Assembly: GCA_965248925.1 (NCBI GenBank)
Contig: CBDFLE010000006.1
Span: 5,088,001-5,152,000, forward strand
DNA length: 64,000 nt
Origin: Candidatus Multivoradales bacterium
GTDB taxonomy: Bacteria > Acidobacteriota > Thermoanaerobaculia > Multivoradales > J023
Reading direction: 5' to 3'
The notes beneath the pieces were generated by a model. That model saw nothing but the letters and a program-made list of their open reading frames with translations. It was not told where the DNA came from and searched no databases. A program made the translations under genes and the position numbers. Of this stretch, positions 47,401 through 54,600 are shown in pieces (the stretch's first letter is position 1; each line of letters starts with the position of its first letter).

Positions 47401-50061
47401 GCTGAGGAAGTATGGGCGTTGTTTCATTCGTTCGCTTTCGATTTCTCGGTCTGGGAACTCTGGGGCGCGTTGCTGCACGGTGGGCGAGTGGTGGTAGTGC
47501 CCTATGCCACCAGCCGCTCGGCGGACGAGTTCCTCAACTTGCTCCGGCGGGAGCAGGTGACTGTTTTGAGCCAGACCCCTTCGGCTTTCCGCCAGTTGAT
47601 CGCGGCGGTAGAAAATGCCGCGGAGGCCGCCGAGGCTAGGGGCGAGGAATTCTCCACCGGCGCCTTGCGCTGGGTGATCTTCGGCGGCGAAGCGTTGGAG
47701 TTGCAGAGTCTGCGTCCCTGGTTCAAGCGCTTTGGCGACCGCCGGCCGCGGCTAGTCAACATGTATGGCATCACCGAAACAACCGTTCACGTTACCCAGC
47801 GGCATCTCGGCTTGCCGGACCTCGATGCTAGGCAGGGCTCGGTGATCGGCAAGGCCCTCGATCATCTGGGTATCTACCTGCTCGATAGGCACCTTCAGCT
47901 GCTGCCGCGGGGAGTAGTCGGCGAGATCTTTGTTGCCGGTGAGGGTCTCAGCCGCGGTTACCTGAGGCGGGCTGGCCTAACAGCCCTGCGTTTCGTGCCC
48001 CATCCCTACGCCGAAATGCCGGGTGAGCGGCTCTACCGCAGCGGGGATTTGGCCCGTTGGCGACGCGGTGGTGGCCTTGAATACCTCGGCCGCGCCGACA
48101 CCCAAGTCAAGATACGCGGTTTCCGGATCGAACTCGGTGAAGTCGAGGCGGTGCTGGCGGCACACCCAAGAGTGCGTCAAGCGCTGGTGTTGAAGAACGA
48201 GTTCAAGGCTGACGACGCCCGCTTAGTTGCTTATGCGGTGGTCGATACGGAGGAGCCGCCGACTCTCGATGAGCTGCTCACCCACCTGCATGCACAGCTG
48301 CCCGACTACATGGTGCCGGCCGCCTGCTGTCTGCTCGAAGCCTTTCCGCTGACCGCCCATGGCAAGATCGATCGTGGCTCCCTGCCGGAGGTCGAGACGG
48401 CACTAGTGAGGGCCGGTGGCGAGGCTCCGGTAACAACCGCCGAGGAGTTGCTGGCGGGGCTTTGGCAGGAGTTGTTGGGGGTCGAGGGGGTGGGTCGCCG
48501 GGATGATTTCTTCGACCTTGGCGGTCATTCTCTGCTCGCCACCCAACTAGTGTCGAGGCTGCGCGAGGTTTTTGCTCGCGAAGTATCCGTGCGGCAGATT
48601 TTCGAGCATCCGCGATTGGTCGACTTGGCTGCCAGCCTGGAAGACTCGGGGGTGGCTGAGCGACCACCACCGATCGTCCGCCGATCGTCCGCCGGGCGCC
48701 ATTTACTGTCTTTCCCCCAGCAGCGATTCTGGCTGCTTGAGCAGCTCGATCCAGGCTCTGCGGCCCACAATGTGATCGATGCTCTGCGCCTCGAAGGCGA
48801 GTTGGACGTTGCCGCGCTGGGACAGGCGCTGCAGCAGGTGTGGCAACGCCACGAGGTCTTGCGGGTGACTTTCTTCGAGGTCGACGGCCGGCCCTACCAG
48901 CGGCTCGGCTCGAAGTTGCAGCTGACCCTGCCGACGGTCGACCTGGGTGGTCTGGACAGCGCCGACCGGCAGCACCAACTGCGGCGTTGGATCGAGCGAG
49001 AAAGTACTGTTGGTTTCGATCTGGGCCGCGGACCCCTGCTGCGGGCGAAGCTGATTCGCCTGGCGAAGATCGAGCATGTCTTGCTGGTCAACCTCCACCA
49101 CATCGTTTGCGATGGTTGGTCAATGGGGCGCTTGATGGGCGAGGTCACCGGTTTCTACGGTGCCCTTAGGTCGAGGGATGGCCGGCTACCGGAAAAGCTA
49201 CCGGTGAGCTACTTGGACTATGTCGCCTGGCAGCGCGAGTGGCTCGACGAGGCTCGCCAAGAGGAGCAACTGGACTACTGGCGGCTACGCCTAGCCGGTG
49301 ATCCGCCACCGGTCGAGTTGCCGCTCGAGCTGCCCAAACCCCAAGTTGGTCACCGTCGCGGTGCGGCCCATGTCGAATGGCTGCCCAGCGAACTCAGTGG
49401 CGAGTTGGAACGGCTCGGCCGGCGGCAGGGCGCTACCTTGTTCATGACTTTGTTGGCGGCCTTTAAGGTATTGCTACTGCGGGCCTCGGGTATCGACGAT
49501 TTGGTGGTGGGAACTAATCTAGCCAACCGCAATCGGGTCGAACTAGAGGGCCTGGTAGGCAACTTCATCAACATGCTGGCCTTGCGCAGTGACCTTTCCG
49601 GCGCACCGTCTTTTCTCGAGGTGCTGGAGAGGGTACGGGTCACGGCACTCGAGGCCTACGCGCACCAGGATGTGCCGTACGAACAGGTGCTGCGGGAAGT
49701 ACTACCCCATCGCGCAGGCCGCGGCGCGGCGCTGATCCGCTGGATGCTGGCTTTCGAGAAGTATCCACCGAGCGGTGTCGAGCTGCCCGAACTGGTGGTG
49801 TCGGCGGTCGACTTCGAGGTTTCTTCCTCAGCTTTTGACCTCAGTCTCAATCTCAGTGAGGACGGCGAGCGGGGTATCAAGGCGATCTGGGTCTTCGATA
49901 CCGAGTTCTTTGGTCAGGCGGCAATCACCGCCCTGGCGCAGGATTTCCTGGCTGTGCTCGAGCAAGTGACCCTTAACCCGGAACGGCCGGTGAGTGAGGT
50001 GCGGATCGTCCATGAGGCGCCGACTTCGACTCTGGTCGACGCCTTCAATGACGACCTCTGA
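32473..50061 (+). CDS. NRPS 2: C-A(Ala)-T-C-A(Lys/Orn-like)-T-C-A(Thr)-T-C(modAA)-A(Cys)-T-C-A(Thr)-T-C
   Basis: GGAGA RBS before ATG 32473; five A domains with codes DLFNNALTYK, DTENIGTIVK, DFWNIGMVHK, DLYNFSLVWK, DFWSIGMVHK; six HHxxxDG C domains; ends in a C domain plus acidic tail DAFNDDL. Confidence 0.95.
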   Translation: MDRKRQIDGLSPAALAALVKNLRQKKKVVRRRIPRLGRSPAGDRLSFAQERFWFLDRLHPGSATYNIAGAVTLGGELDVAALRASLDALVARHQTLRTRFAERDGSPVQILFDPPLTPLPVIDLQQLLSSDRQQQADRLGARWARSPFELNRGPLLRCLLLHVSARQTQLVLGLHHIIADGWSCAIMVREIADGYSRWCVPEPPADGGWDAELPIQYADFADWQRQRLVDERLASLLDFWQPRLQGVPVLDLPTDGQRSASAAGLGGRLPLRIDRHLTSGLETLAKGAGVTLFVALVGVFGLLLRRFSGQQDFAVATPTAGRDRSELEPLIGCFVNTLLLRLRWSDNLLLDDLLSATGEQMAGALEHQELPFEELVRELDPQRSMATAPLAQVMLVLQGTPLDLRLGDLSLTLEELDTGSAKFDLLLNLTPCSGRLEGFLEYRRELFDRSTVDRLCRYLEALIAAFVGGRGRLLSQLSAAPRSERQQLLYEWSEASTAGSPNRGSVGDLLHRMVAAQSQRSPTSTALIDGASSWSYAQLDEAVGQLASRLVGAGVEPGQPVAVCLRRSPEMVVCLLAVMRAGAYYVPLDVGYPTERLHFIVTDSAVQVVLLGAALEVDLPPVATTLRIEPWRLAELSGTAARRDRECRPSVALASESLAYVIYTSGSTGQPKGVGISHSAATGLMHWARSQFSDSELSGVLAATSICFDLSVFELFAPLCWGGCAVLAEDALNLSGLPAADRVRLINTVPSVMAAVLRQGPLPASVETINLAGEALSGALVAQVYAAAGVRRVLNLYGPSEDTTYSTATEVSRSARVPTIGRPLPATEVYLLDRRGLPVPLGARGELALGGAHLARGYLRRSALTAERFVPHSFSAAAGARLYLTGDQARYRGAGELDFLGRLDHQVKVRGFRIELGEVAARLTEHPAVEEVVAVVEADADGGWLIAFWSGRSADSPAVSGAELRAFLATRLPDFMVPTWLLRLAELPRTANGKIDRRALPGLSEIRGQHSGEYIAPRDAVERTVADIWCQVLKLERVGALDEFFALGGHSLLATRVVARVREAFGIELPLRSVFEFSTVERSAEQIRSLQQAPGELAEWARIEAVSAAVLPLSFAQERLWFVEQLEPGAATHNVPAAVRLVGSLDRLALHAALAAIIERHAILRTVVRSTDGRGLQEFLPSLELLVPLTDLSALDSAAAEDQLALVFAASAQRPFDLEKGPLIRSQLLRLASAEHVLLLELHHLITDAWSMEILIRELTAFYGGKSLPPVELSYGDFALWQRRLLDERALEPHLDYWRRQLAAIEPLELPTDWPRPTQPSQRGGALPVVLGMRLSAALEDFSRRFAATPFMVLLATFAHQLSIYSGRCDIAIGSPVAGRQRIELEEMIGFFVNTLVLRVEVGGDPTFRQLLGRVRELTLQGQEHQQVPFARLVEELSPRRDLGITPLFQVMLVLQTAPRPVLAVEGLELEPLAVHNATAPFELTLSLAPVDDGLEGTFEYAAELFSAATVARFRDHFCHLLSAVVEQPNRRLSELSPLAAGERHQVLVSWAGTTLCLAEPSTVVERIDAAVGGRQAVAAVVDGDQRLSYGELDVAVVALAQRLRRFGVGPEIRVAVHLRRSARLIVALLAVMKCGGAYVPLDPRAPRRRLAQILDDAGVALVLSESQLLGDLPSTEVPVWTLGALEEAAAVADERAFATVAPELTAYLIYTSGSSGRPKGVAISHRALASYVVRAAERYDLGEGDRVLQLNSISFDTSAEEIFPALLAGATLVPWSGELESAGAFLASCQRVGVTVLNFPTAYWHTLVAEVEDDSTAHWPAGLRLVIIGGEQALAQDLGRWRGQLDGAVRLLNTYGPTEATIVASWWEDAGQRLSGATGLPIGEPTPNARTRVLDRCLRPLPIGVPGELCIGGEGLARGYFGNPRLTAELFVPDPYSSDAFDRLYRTGDLVRFTGGGELEFVGRRDHQVKIRGFRVELGEIEAALEADPGVRSAVVTATPSPAGDLRLAAYVVALDSVQLNLEDLATATASRLPNYMLPSAWGELDTLPLLASGKVNRRALASPEWRSESAERVAPVGESEVLLARLFGELLEVAQAGANDDFFRLGGHSLLAIQLVSRVRAALAVELPVRQVFEHPRLADLARRLDVLRHQQAAVELGSIERRPDSAPVELSYAQQRLWFLDQLQPESIAYHVPVVVELEGALDVDALRHSLARTMARHSVLRTIFPTRGGRPAAEVAATAVLGQPAVDLTALTHSAAEKQAQQIVLQSIRRPFDLGRGLLWRTLLLRLGERRHRLILTLHHIVTDGWSMGILLRELTIHYAALKSGEQIDLPALPVSYSDYASWQRGWLGSELIASQLAYWKEALAGAPAVLDLPTDRPRPANPRQLGALHGFRWSSSLSDRLSAFGRDRGATLFMVLRALFQLLLARQARQTDLVIGSPVAGRRQLEVEGLIGLFVNLLPLRAELSGEPTFEDFLEQVRDNTLAAFTHQDLPFERLVDELQPQRDLSYTPIFQTLLVLQNAPLKPAVVSDLELRPLQVDFGIAKFDLTLTFEEGSEGLEGLFEYDLELFDTTTVERFASRLQTLCESALAAPLQCCGRLDLLPPEERRQLLAQTPLRVAAPSLEPLHQLFEAQAARRPDAVALCLGSATLTYRALDRRAERLAAALRGLGVKRGARVGIFLDRSLDLVMAILAVLKMGAAYVPLDPANPAERLAYLLQDSGLGVLLTQRRLLASLPESNLRTVLLDAPWPPPLAGGVRSTPEDAAYVIYTSGSTGKPKGVEVTHANVTRLLSAARQGFDFDQLDAWSLFHSCAFDFSVWELWGALAYGGRLLVVPYWTSRSPDELLELLARQRVTVLNQTPSAFRQLIRAEQSAAAAPRLALRWVIFGGEALELESLRPWFERHGEERPRLVNMFGITETTVHVTYRRLLAADLDRLAGASPIGEPLPDLRLHLLDGYLEPLPIGVVGELYVAGAGIARGYLERPALTAERLVPDPFSGLPGERLYRSGDLARRLTSGDLAYVGRADQQVKIRGFRIELGEIEGALLEHPAVTEAAVLALDGGDGSKLAAYVVATAASDDLRAHLLALLPQYMVPEHIQTLSNLPLTANGKLDQRRLPVPRRQAGEPTAAHVPPTDPLARRVAAAWRQVLERQEIGMTDSFFTLGGDSIKAVRLAGLLNEEFDAGFKVRDVFRFQTVGEQTERLRGGAAGWTIEREHSAGLEQIARFRKGLLADAETAARLPPDWADVYPLSDIEKSMVYYSLLWPEEPVYHDQFVYFVELQQPAGFFRALELLIDRHHNLRCSFDLYSFAEQAKVVHRTAGPQWAVEDLSALAEDAQRRRVLQYQASDLARRFSFTGDLMWRFKLFRLAGERHCVVWTFHHAILDGWSNISLWVELSETCRLADLETRSALPPLATGYRDYVAVTLGRKGSAETTAFWRRYLAGHERSKLPFNRARRQLGTDTAMQIRRRDLGGELLERLRRQAARYELSLQGLCLAAHVFLLHVLSSVGDLVTGVVSNDRVGLADGEKVLGCFLTTLPLRLAADRHHHRLELVREVERRLIDVKAHEIPLVEIAAASGTRVTSGNPLFDTLFNYMDFHRLEGLQQNSCFRAQTSDQQVEAFGLENSEMTNTLFDLEVNTTLGGLGCVVKFSPEHFEPADIEKTLDLYGSLLHAFAEDLGAPLDAEQLLVSSSERQQLVQRYNHTGIAYKTDQLLHQPFERSCARAAARVAVSCAGKSLSYGELENRANQLAHYLIERGVEPGDNVGLIYARSLELAVGVLAILKAGAAYVPIEPSYPALRKSYIVNSSGIRWLLAADQSQTVLDFDQLVADEVMVLVPEPQVLAACSPRIPEVASSAAHRTRQLAYTIYTSGSTGRPKGVMIEHQQAINLLSWVNRQYRVGGDDVLLMLSSVCFDLSVYDLFGGWAAGAKVVIAELGDIREPGRTRDLLDAEGVTFWNSVPSTLGTLVKYLEDRQPDYCNRTLRLVFLSGDWIPVSLPDRIRRFFSAAEVVSLGGATEATVWSIFHPIGEVDLSSVSIPYGRPLDNNTFFVLDRSLSLVPTGVVGDLYIGGVGVARGYAGDPRKTAQAFVPDRFAVGGERLYRTGDLGRMLDSGAIEFLGRADHQVKIRGFRVELGEIENTLLQHPQIVEAVVVVRSDPAGDKLLCAYLVARGGFELNAVELRRHLGAALPEYMIPATYVFLDQLPLNANNKLDRHQLPDPEVANLAIAARYVEPESVLESELIDIWQEVLGVDGIGTRHDFFELGGHSLSAVQVITRLRQSYGIELPLRELFDGPTVTELAARLGRLGASGARSTTALEIDPSQRPDPAPLSFSQERLWFIDQLEPGNPAYNISTALRLRGDLDLAALSAAFSEIVRRHEVLRTTYPADQGRPLMVIAEPAAVAVGVIDLGAIAADQRLDQARGLAQRVAEQPFDLARDSLLRVVAVRLAEADHVALLSMHHIVTDGWSMGILIDELGVLYGSRVSGREGSLPELPIQYADYAHWQRQRLTDRVIESQLNFWRGQLEGTATVIDLPTDFPRPAQRSSRGAVARVSIDQRLSEALAELGRARGMTTFMAVLAVLEVLLQRYSGQNDFTIGTPVMGRHRVETESLIGFLVNTLVLRADLSGQPTFESLLERVRRINLRAHEHQELPFEKLAEHLQPDRDLSRTPLFQVLFVLQKMASEEALELPGLTLEPLRVDTETAQFELTLILNETVDGLTGSLIYSTDLFTADSIERLWRHFESLARAAVENPATKIGDLALLSVAERQELLSLAVVRAPASANAGRLTLVELFARQVKARPDHLALSAGQQHWTYLELDQQTDQLAALLQSRGARPEVLIGLCCERGANMVLGILSILKAGAAYLPLDPRYPKERLRLILDDCRAPLLLSERAVAGDLPSHGAEVVLVDQRAGFVSAALAPVALAADHPVYVIYTSGSTGRPKGVPVSHRSVVRLFEACQPWCEFGAEEVWALFHSFAFDFSVWELWGALLHGGRVVVVPYATSRSADEFLNLLRREQVTVLSQTPSAFRQLIAAVENAAEAAEARGEEFSTGALRWVIFGGEALELQSLRPWFKRFGDRRPRLVNMYGITETTVHVTQRHLGLPDLDARQGSVIGKALDHLGIYLLDRHLQLLPRGVVGEIFVAGEGLSRGYLRRAGLTALRFVPHPYAEMPGERLYRSGDLARWRRGGGLEYLGRADTQVKIRGFRIELGEVEAVLAAHPRVRQALVLKNEFKADDARLVAYAVVDTEEPPTLDELLTHLHAQLPDYMVPAACCLLEAFPLTAHGKIDRGSLPEVETALVRAGGEAPVTTAEELLAGLWQELLGVEGVGRRDDFFDLGGHSLLATQLVSRLREVFAREVSVRQIFEHPRLVDLAASLEDSGVAERPPPIVRRSSAGRHLLSFPQQRFWLLEQLDPGSAAHNVIDALRLEGELDVAALGQALQQVWQRHEVLRVTFFEVDGRPYQRLGSKLQLTLPTVDLGGLDSADRQHQLRRWIERESTVGFDLGRGPLLRAKLIRLAKIEHVLLVNLHHIVCDGWSMGRLMGEVTGFYGALRSRDGRLPEKLPVSYLDYVAWQREWLDEARQEEQLDYWRLRLAGDPPPVELPLELPKPQVGHRRGAAHVEWLPSELSGELERLGRRQGATLFMTLLAAFKVLLLRASGIDDLVVGTNLANRNRVELEGLVGNFINMLALRSDLSGAPSFLEVLERVRVTALEAYAHQDVPYEQVLREVLPHRAGRGAALIRWMLAFEKYPPSGVELPELVVSAVDFEVSSSAFDLSLNLSEDGERGIKAIWVFDTEFFGQAAITALAQDFLAVLEQVTLNPERPVSEVRIVHEAPTSTLVDAFNDDL

Positions 50062-50098
50062 CCCCTGGCTTGGATCGGCCGACGGAGAACATTTCAAT

Positions 50099-51619
50099 AT
50101 GGCAACAGTGCGCCTCTTGACCCTCGATTTCTACACTTTGGAGGAGCTTCGTCAGTGGCTTGAAGACGACCTCGAGCTAGTGCTGGATGATGCAGTTCGC
50201 CAGAGCATTCAAGCGGGTGCCGAATTCGTCCAACGCAAGGCCCAAGAGGACTGCTTCATCTATGGTGTCAATACCGGTTTTGGTTCGCTGTGCGAGACTC
50301 GGGTCGACAGTGATGAGATCGAGTTGCTGCAGTACAACCATGTGGTTTCGCACGCCTGCGGCGTCGGCCAACTGGTGCCTGAGCACACCGCGCGGATGTT
50401 GCTGTTAATCAAGCTACTGACCTTTCGCTCCGGTCGCACCGGTATCTCTCTGCCGACCGTTGGACGGATCGTCGAAATGTGGAATCGGCGGATCACTCCG
50501 GCGATCCCGCGCAAGGGTTCAGTGGGCGCCAGCGGTGATCTCGCGCCACTGGCCCACATGTCGTTGCCGCTGCTGGGTCTCGGCCGGGTCTATTACCGCG
50601 GCGAGGTAATAGACAGTGCGGAGATGTTGGCCGCCGAAGGTTGGCAGCCCCTCGAACTCAAAGCCAAGGAAGGTCTCGCTTTGACCAACGGCGTGCAGTA
50701 CATCAACTCGGTAGCGGTGGAAAGTGTGCTGTGGGCTATCGAGTTGGCCCGTTGCGCCGATTTGGCGGCGGCGATGAGTATCCAGGCGTTTAGTGCCGCC
50801 AGCAGTTTCTATCACCCGCGGTACCACGAAACCTCGTACCACTTAGAACGACGCACGGTTGCTGGCAACTTGAGATTGCTACTCGACGGCAGCAACCACG
50901 ACCGCTTGCCGACCTGTAACTCATCGCAGCAAGACCCCTACTCGTTCCGCTGCATTCCGCAGGTTCACGGGGCCATCCGACAAGTGCTCGGTTTCGTTGC
51001 CGGAGTGATCGAGAATGAGGTCAATGGAGTTTCAGACAACCCGCTGTTCTTCGCCGAGGCCGATGAGATCCACTACGGCGGCAATTTGCACGGCGAGTCC
51101 ACCGCCTTGGCCCTAGATAACTTGGCGATCGCTATTTCGGAGCTGTCTAATATTTCTGAGCGCCGCACCTACCAGCTGCTCTCGGGTAGTCGTGGCCTAC
51201 CCAGCTTCTTGGTTGCCAAGCCAGGCGCCAACTCCGGCTTCATGATCGTGCAATACACCTCGGCGGCGTTGCTCAATGAGAACAAACTGCTAGCCAGTCC
51301 GGCCAGCGTCGACACTATTCCGACCTGTCAGTTGCAGGAGGATCACGTCAGCATGGGTGCTACCTCGGCCCACAAACTCCTGCAAATCCTGACTAACTCC
51401 GAACGCATCCTGGCCACCGAAATGCTGATCGCCGCCCAGGCGATCGATTTCAACCAGGGATTGGAACTGTCAGAGATCACCCGGGCGGTACACCAGGGAC
51501 TGCGCTCGGTGGTGCCGTTTTTGGACAACGACCGGGTGATGAGCGACGATATGGAAACCGCCTTCGAGTTCTTCGCTGGCAACAAACGCGAGTGGAGTAG
51601 CTCGCTAGGGCTGAGCTGA
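50099..51619 (+). CDS. MIO-dependent aromatic amino-acid ammonia-lyase/aminomutase with a histidine-type signature
   Basis: YGVNTGFG, VVSHACGVG, GASGDLAPL (Ala-Ser-Gly MIO), KEGLALTNG, QDPYSFRC, QEDHVSMG. Alternative start ATG 50048. Confidence 0.92.
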   Translation: MATVRLLTLDFYTLEELRQWLEDDLELVLDDAVRQSIQAGAEFVQRKAQEDCFIYGVNTGFGSLCETRVDSDEIELLQYNHVVSHACGVGQLVPEHTARMLLLIKLLTFRSGRTGISLPTVGRIVEMWNRRITPAIPRKGSVGASGDLAPLAHMSLPLLGLGRVYYRGEVIDSAEMLAAEGWQPLELKAKEGLALTNGVQYINSVAVESVLWAIELARCADLAAAMSIQAFSAASSFYHPRYHETSYHLERRTVAGNLRLLLDGSNHDRLPTCNSSQQDPYSFRCIPQVHGAIRQVLGFVAGVIENEVNGVSDNPLFFAEADEIHYGGNLHGESTALALDNLAIAISELSNISERRTYQLLSGSRGLPSFLVAKPGANSGFMIVQYTSAALLNENKLLASPASVDTIPTCQLQEDHVSMGATSAHKLLQILTNSERILATEMLIAAQAIDFNQGLELSEITRAVHQGLRSVVPFLDNDRVMSDDMETAFEFFAGNKREWSSSLGLS

Positions 51620-51623
51620 GCCA

Positions 51624-54600
51624 GTGAAGGCTGAACCAACATTGGCCAGGGTCAGCGCAGCCAGAAGGCCGGCGGGCACTTTGCAACGCCCCTTCGAGCC
51701 GATTCATCGATGGATCGGCCGGCGAGCTGCCAGCGCTCCCCGGAGCATCGCGATCGAATTCGCCGGTGGCTCTCTGACCTTTGGCGAGCTGGCGCAAGCC
51801 GTGGCCGAGCTGGTCGGTAGATTGCGTCGGGCCGGGGTCGACCAGGGCGATTTGGTCGGTGTTGCGACCAGCGATCGAGAGCAAGTGGTGGTGGCGCTGT
51901 TAGCAGTGCTCGAAGTCGGCGGCCTATTCATGCCGATCGACCCAGAATTCCAGGCCGCGACTCTCGGCAGCTTGATCACCGCCGCCGAGCCGTCTTGGTG
52001 GTTGGTGGCGCCGGAGCAAGCCGAGGCGATCAGGGCGGCGAGCCGCGGCTGTGGTGTCGATTGCAGCTGTCTGGATCTTTTTCCGGTCGCTAAGAAAGAG
52101 GAGAAGAGGGCCGCTGGAGCGGCGCCGGCAGCGCTCTCTGTGATCGATCCGGAGCTACCTTGCTACGTCTATTTCACCTCCGGATCCAGTGGCCAACCGA
52201 AGGGCATTGTCGGACGCCTGAAGGCCCTCGATCACTACGCGGGCTGGATGCATGACGCTTTCGACGTCGGCTCAGATTGCCGCTTCAGCCAGCTCATCTC
52301 GCCGGCCTGGGATGGCTTCTTGCTCGATGTCTTCGTGCCCCTGTCGGCAGGCGGTACGGTGGTGGCACCGCCTGATCGAACCACCCTGCTCGATGGCGCT
52401 CGATTGGTGCGCTGGCTCGACCAAGAACAGATCAGCCACATGCATTGCACCCCCTCCTTGCTGCGCAGCCTGCTCAATCAGCCATTGCAGCCGCGGCTGT
52501 TCAGAGCCTTGCGCTGGCTGATGTTGGTTGGCGAAGCGGTGTTGCCTTCGGATGTCGCCCGCTGGATGGAGATCTTCGGCGAGCGGGTTCGACTGGTCAA
52601 CTTATATGGTCCTAGCGAAACTACCCTGACCAAGCTCTTCTATTGCATCTCAAGTGCCGATGGGGCCGCCGATACAGTGCCGATCGGTGGTCCGATGCCA
52701 GGGGCCAGGGTCTTGGTGGTCGACGAGCGTGGCCAACCTTGTCCGCCAGGGCGGGAGGGAGAAATCCTGATCCGCACCCCCTATCGTTCGTTGGGCTATC
52801 TGCGGCAACCCGAGCTCAGTGCCAAGGTCTTTGTCCAGAACCCGTTCAGCGATCGGACTGGCGATCTGGTCTATCGCACCGGCGACCTGGGACGCACGCG
52901 CGCTGATGGTTTGCTGGAGTTTATCGGCCGCCGCGATGGTCAAGTGAAGATCCGCGGCGTCCGCGTCGAGCTAGTGCCGATCGAGAGCCTGCTGTCGTCG
53001 CATCCGGCGGTGAACGAAGTGGTGGTGGTCGAACGGCGTGACCGTCAGGGTGGCAACTTCCTCTGTGCCTTCCTCAGTCTCGGCCAGCCGGTCGAAAGAG
53101 GCGAGCTACGCGCTTTTCTACTCTCCAGCCTTCCCGAGATCAAAGTGCCGTCGGCTTTCGTGGTGATGGAAAGTCTACCGCGGACTTTGACTGGCAAGAT
53201 CGATCGAGGCGCGCTACCTGAGCCGAACCAGTCGCTGCTCGGCCGGGGCCAGTCCTACCGTCAGCCCCGCAATCCGGTCGAGCAGAAGTTGGCCGCAGTC
53301 TTCGGCCGCATTCTGAATCTCGAGCGAGTCGGCATCGATGACAGCTTCTTCGAACTCGGTGGCCATTCGCTATTGTCGATGGAGCTGTTGTCGGGGATTC
53401 GGGATGAACTCGGCGTCGAGCTTCCCCTGGGGCAGATTTTCGAGCATCCGACCATCGTCGCCCTGGCGCGCGTGGTCGCTCAGGGGGCGCCGGTCAGTGC
53501 TGCCCGCTCCGCCATCTCGCCGGTCGAGCTCGGCGATGGAGAGTTTCCTCTGTCTTTCTCACAGCAACGCCTGTGGTTCGTGGATCAGCTGTCGCACGAC
53601 GCCACGTTCCTCAACATTGCCGACGCTGTCGAATTGCGAGGAGAAGTTTCGCCAGAGGTGTTGCGGCGCGCGCTGGAGCGCACCGTCGAACGTCAGGAGG
53701 CTCTGCGCACGGCCTTCGCGGAGCGCGGTGGCGAGCCCGTCCAGATGGTGGGTGAGCCGTGGTCGGTAGCGCTGCCAGAAGTCGATCTTCGGAGTTTGCC
53801 AGAGGCGCAGAGAGATAGCTTGGCAAGTCGACATCTGGCGCAAGAAAGTCGCCGGGTCTTCGATCTGCGCAACGGCCGGCTGCTGCGCTGCCGGCTGCTG
53901 CGTCTGGCCGATCAACGCTACTTGCTGATCTGCGTGATCCATCACATCATCGCTGATTGGTGGTCTTTTGGTGTGCTGGTGCGCGAGCTGACGTCGGCCT
54001 ACGAAGATCTGGCCGCGGGGCGTTCTTGCACCCTGCCGGAACTCGCCGTGCAAGGTCGCGATTTCGCGCTCTGGGAGCGTCGCTGGATGGTCGACGAAGT
54101 GCTGGAGCAACAGCTGGTCTACTGGCGAGAGCGATTGCAAGGTTGTGCGACTTTTCATCCTCTACCGCTCGACTTTCCGCGGCCCAGCCGCCAGATCCAT
54201 GCTGGCGACCAAGTCGACTTCGAGTGGCCGCGGCCGCTGGCTGCTCGGCTGGTGAGGCTTGCCGAGGAGCAGGGTTGCAGCCGTTTCATGCTCGGTTTGG
54301 CGCTCTTCCAGATAGTTGTGGCGCATCTGGTCAAGACCGACGATGTGGTGATCAGTGCGCCGGTGAGCTTTCGCGATCGGCCCGAGGTCGAGCCGTTGAT
54401 CGGTTTCTTCGTCAACACGCTGTTGTTTCGTGCTCAGCTTGCCGTCGAACTCGACTTTGGCGGTTTTCTGCTCCAAGTTCGACAGCGGGTGGTGGAAGCA
54501 TTCGATCATCAGCACCTGCCGCTCGAGCGCTTGATCGAGGAGCGGGCGCCACAGCGCAGCCTCGACCACACCCCGTTGTTGCAGATCGGTTACAGCTTTT

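Noticed and set aside
50099-51619. Housekeeping hutH
   Set aside because: No other hut genes, and it is wedged between NRPS genes; symbol withheld although the residues are HAL-like.
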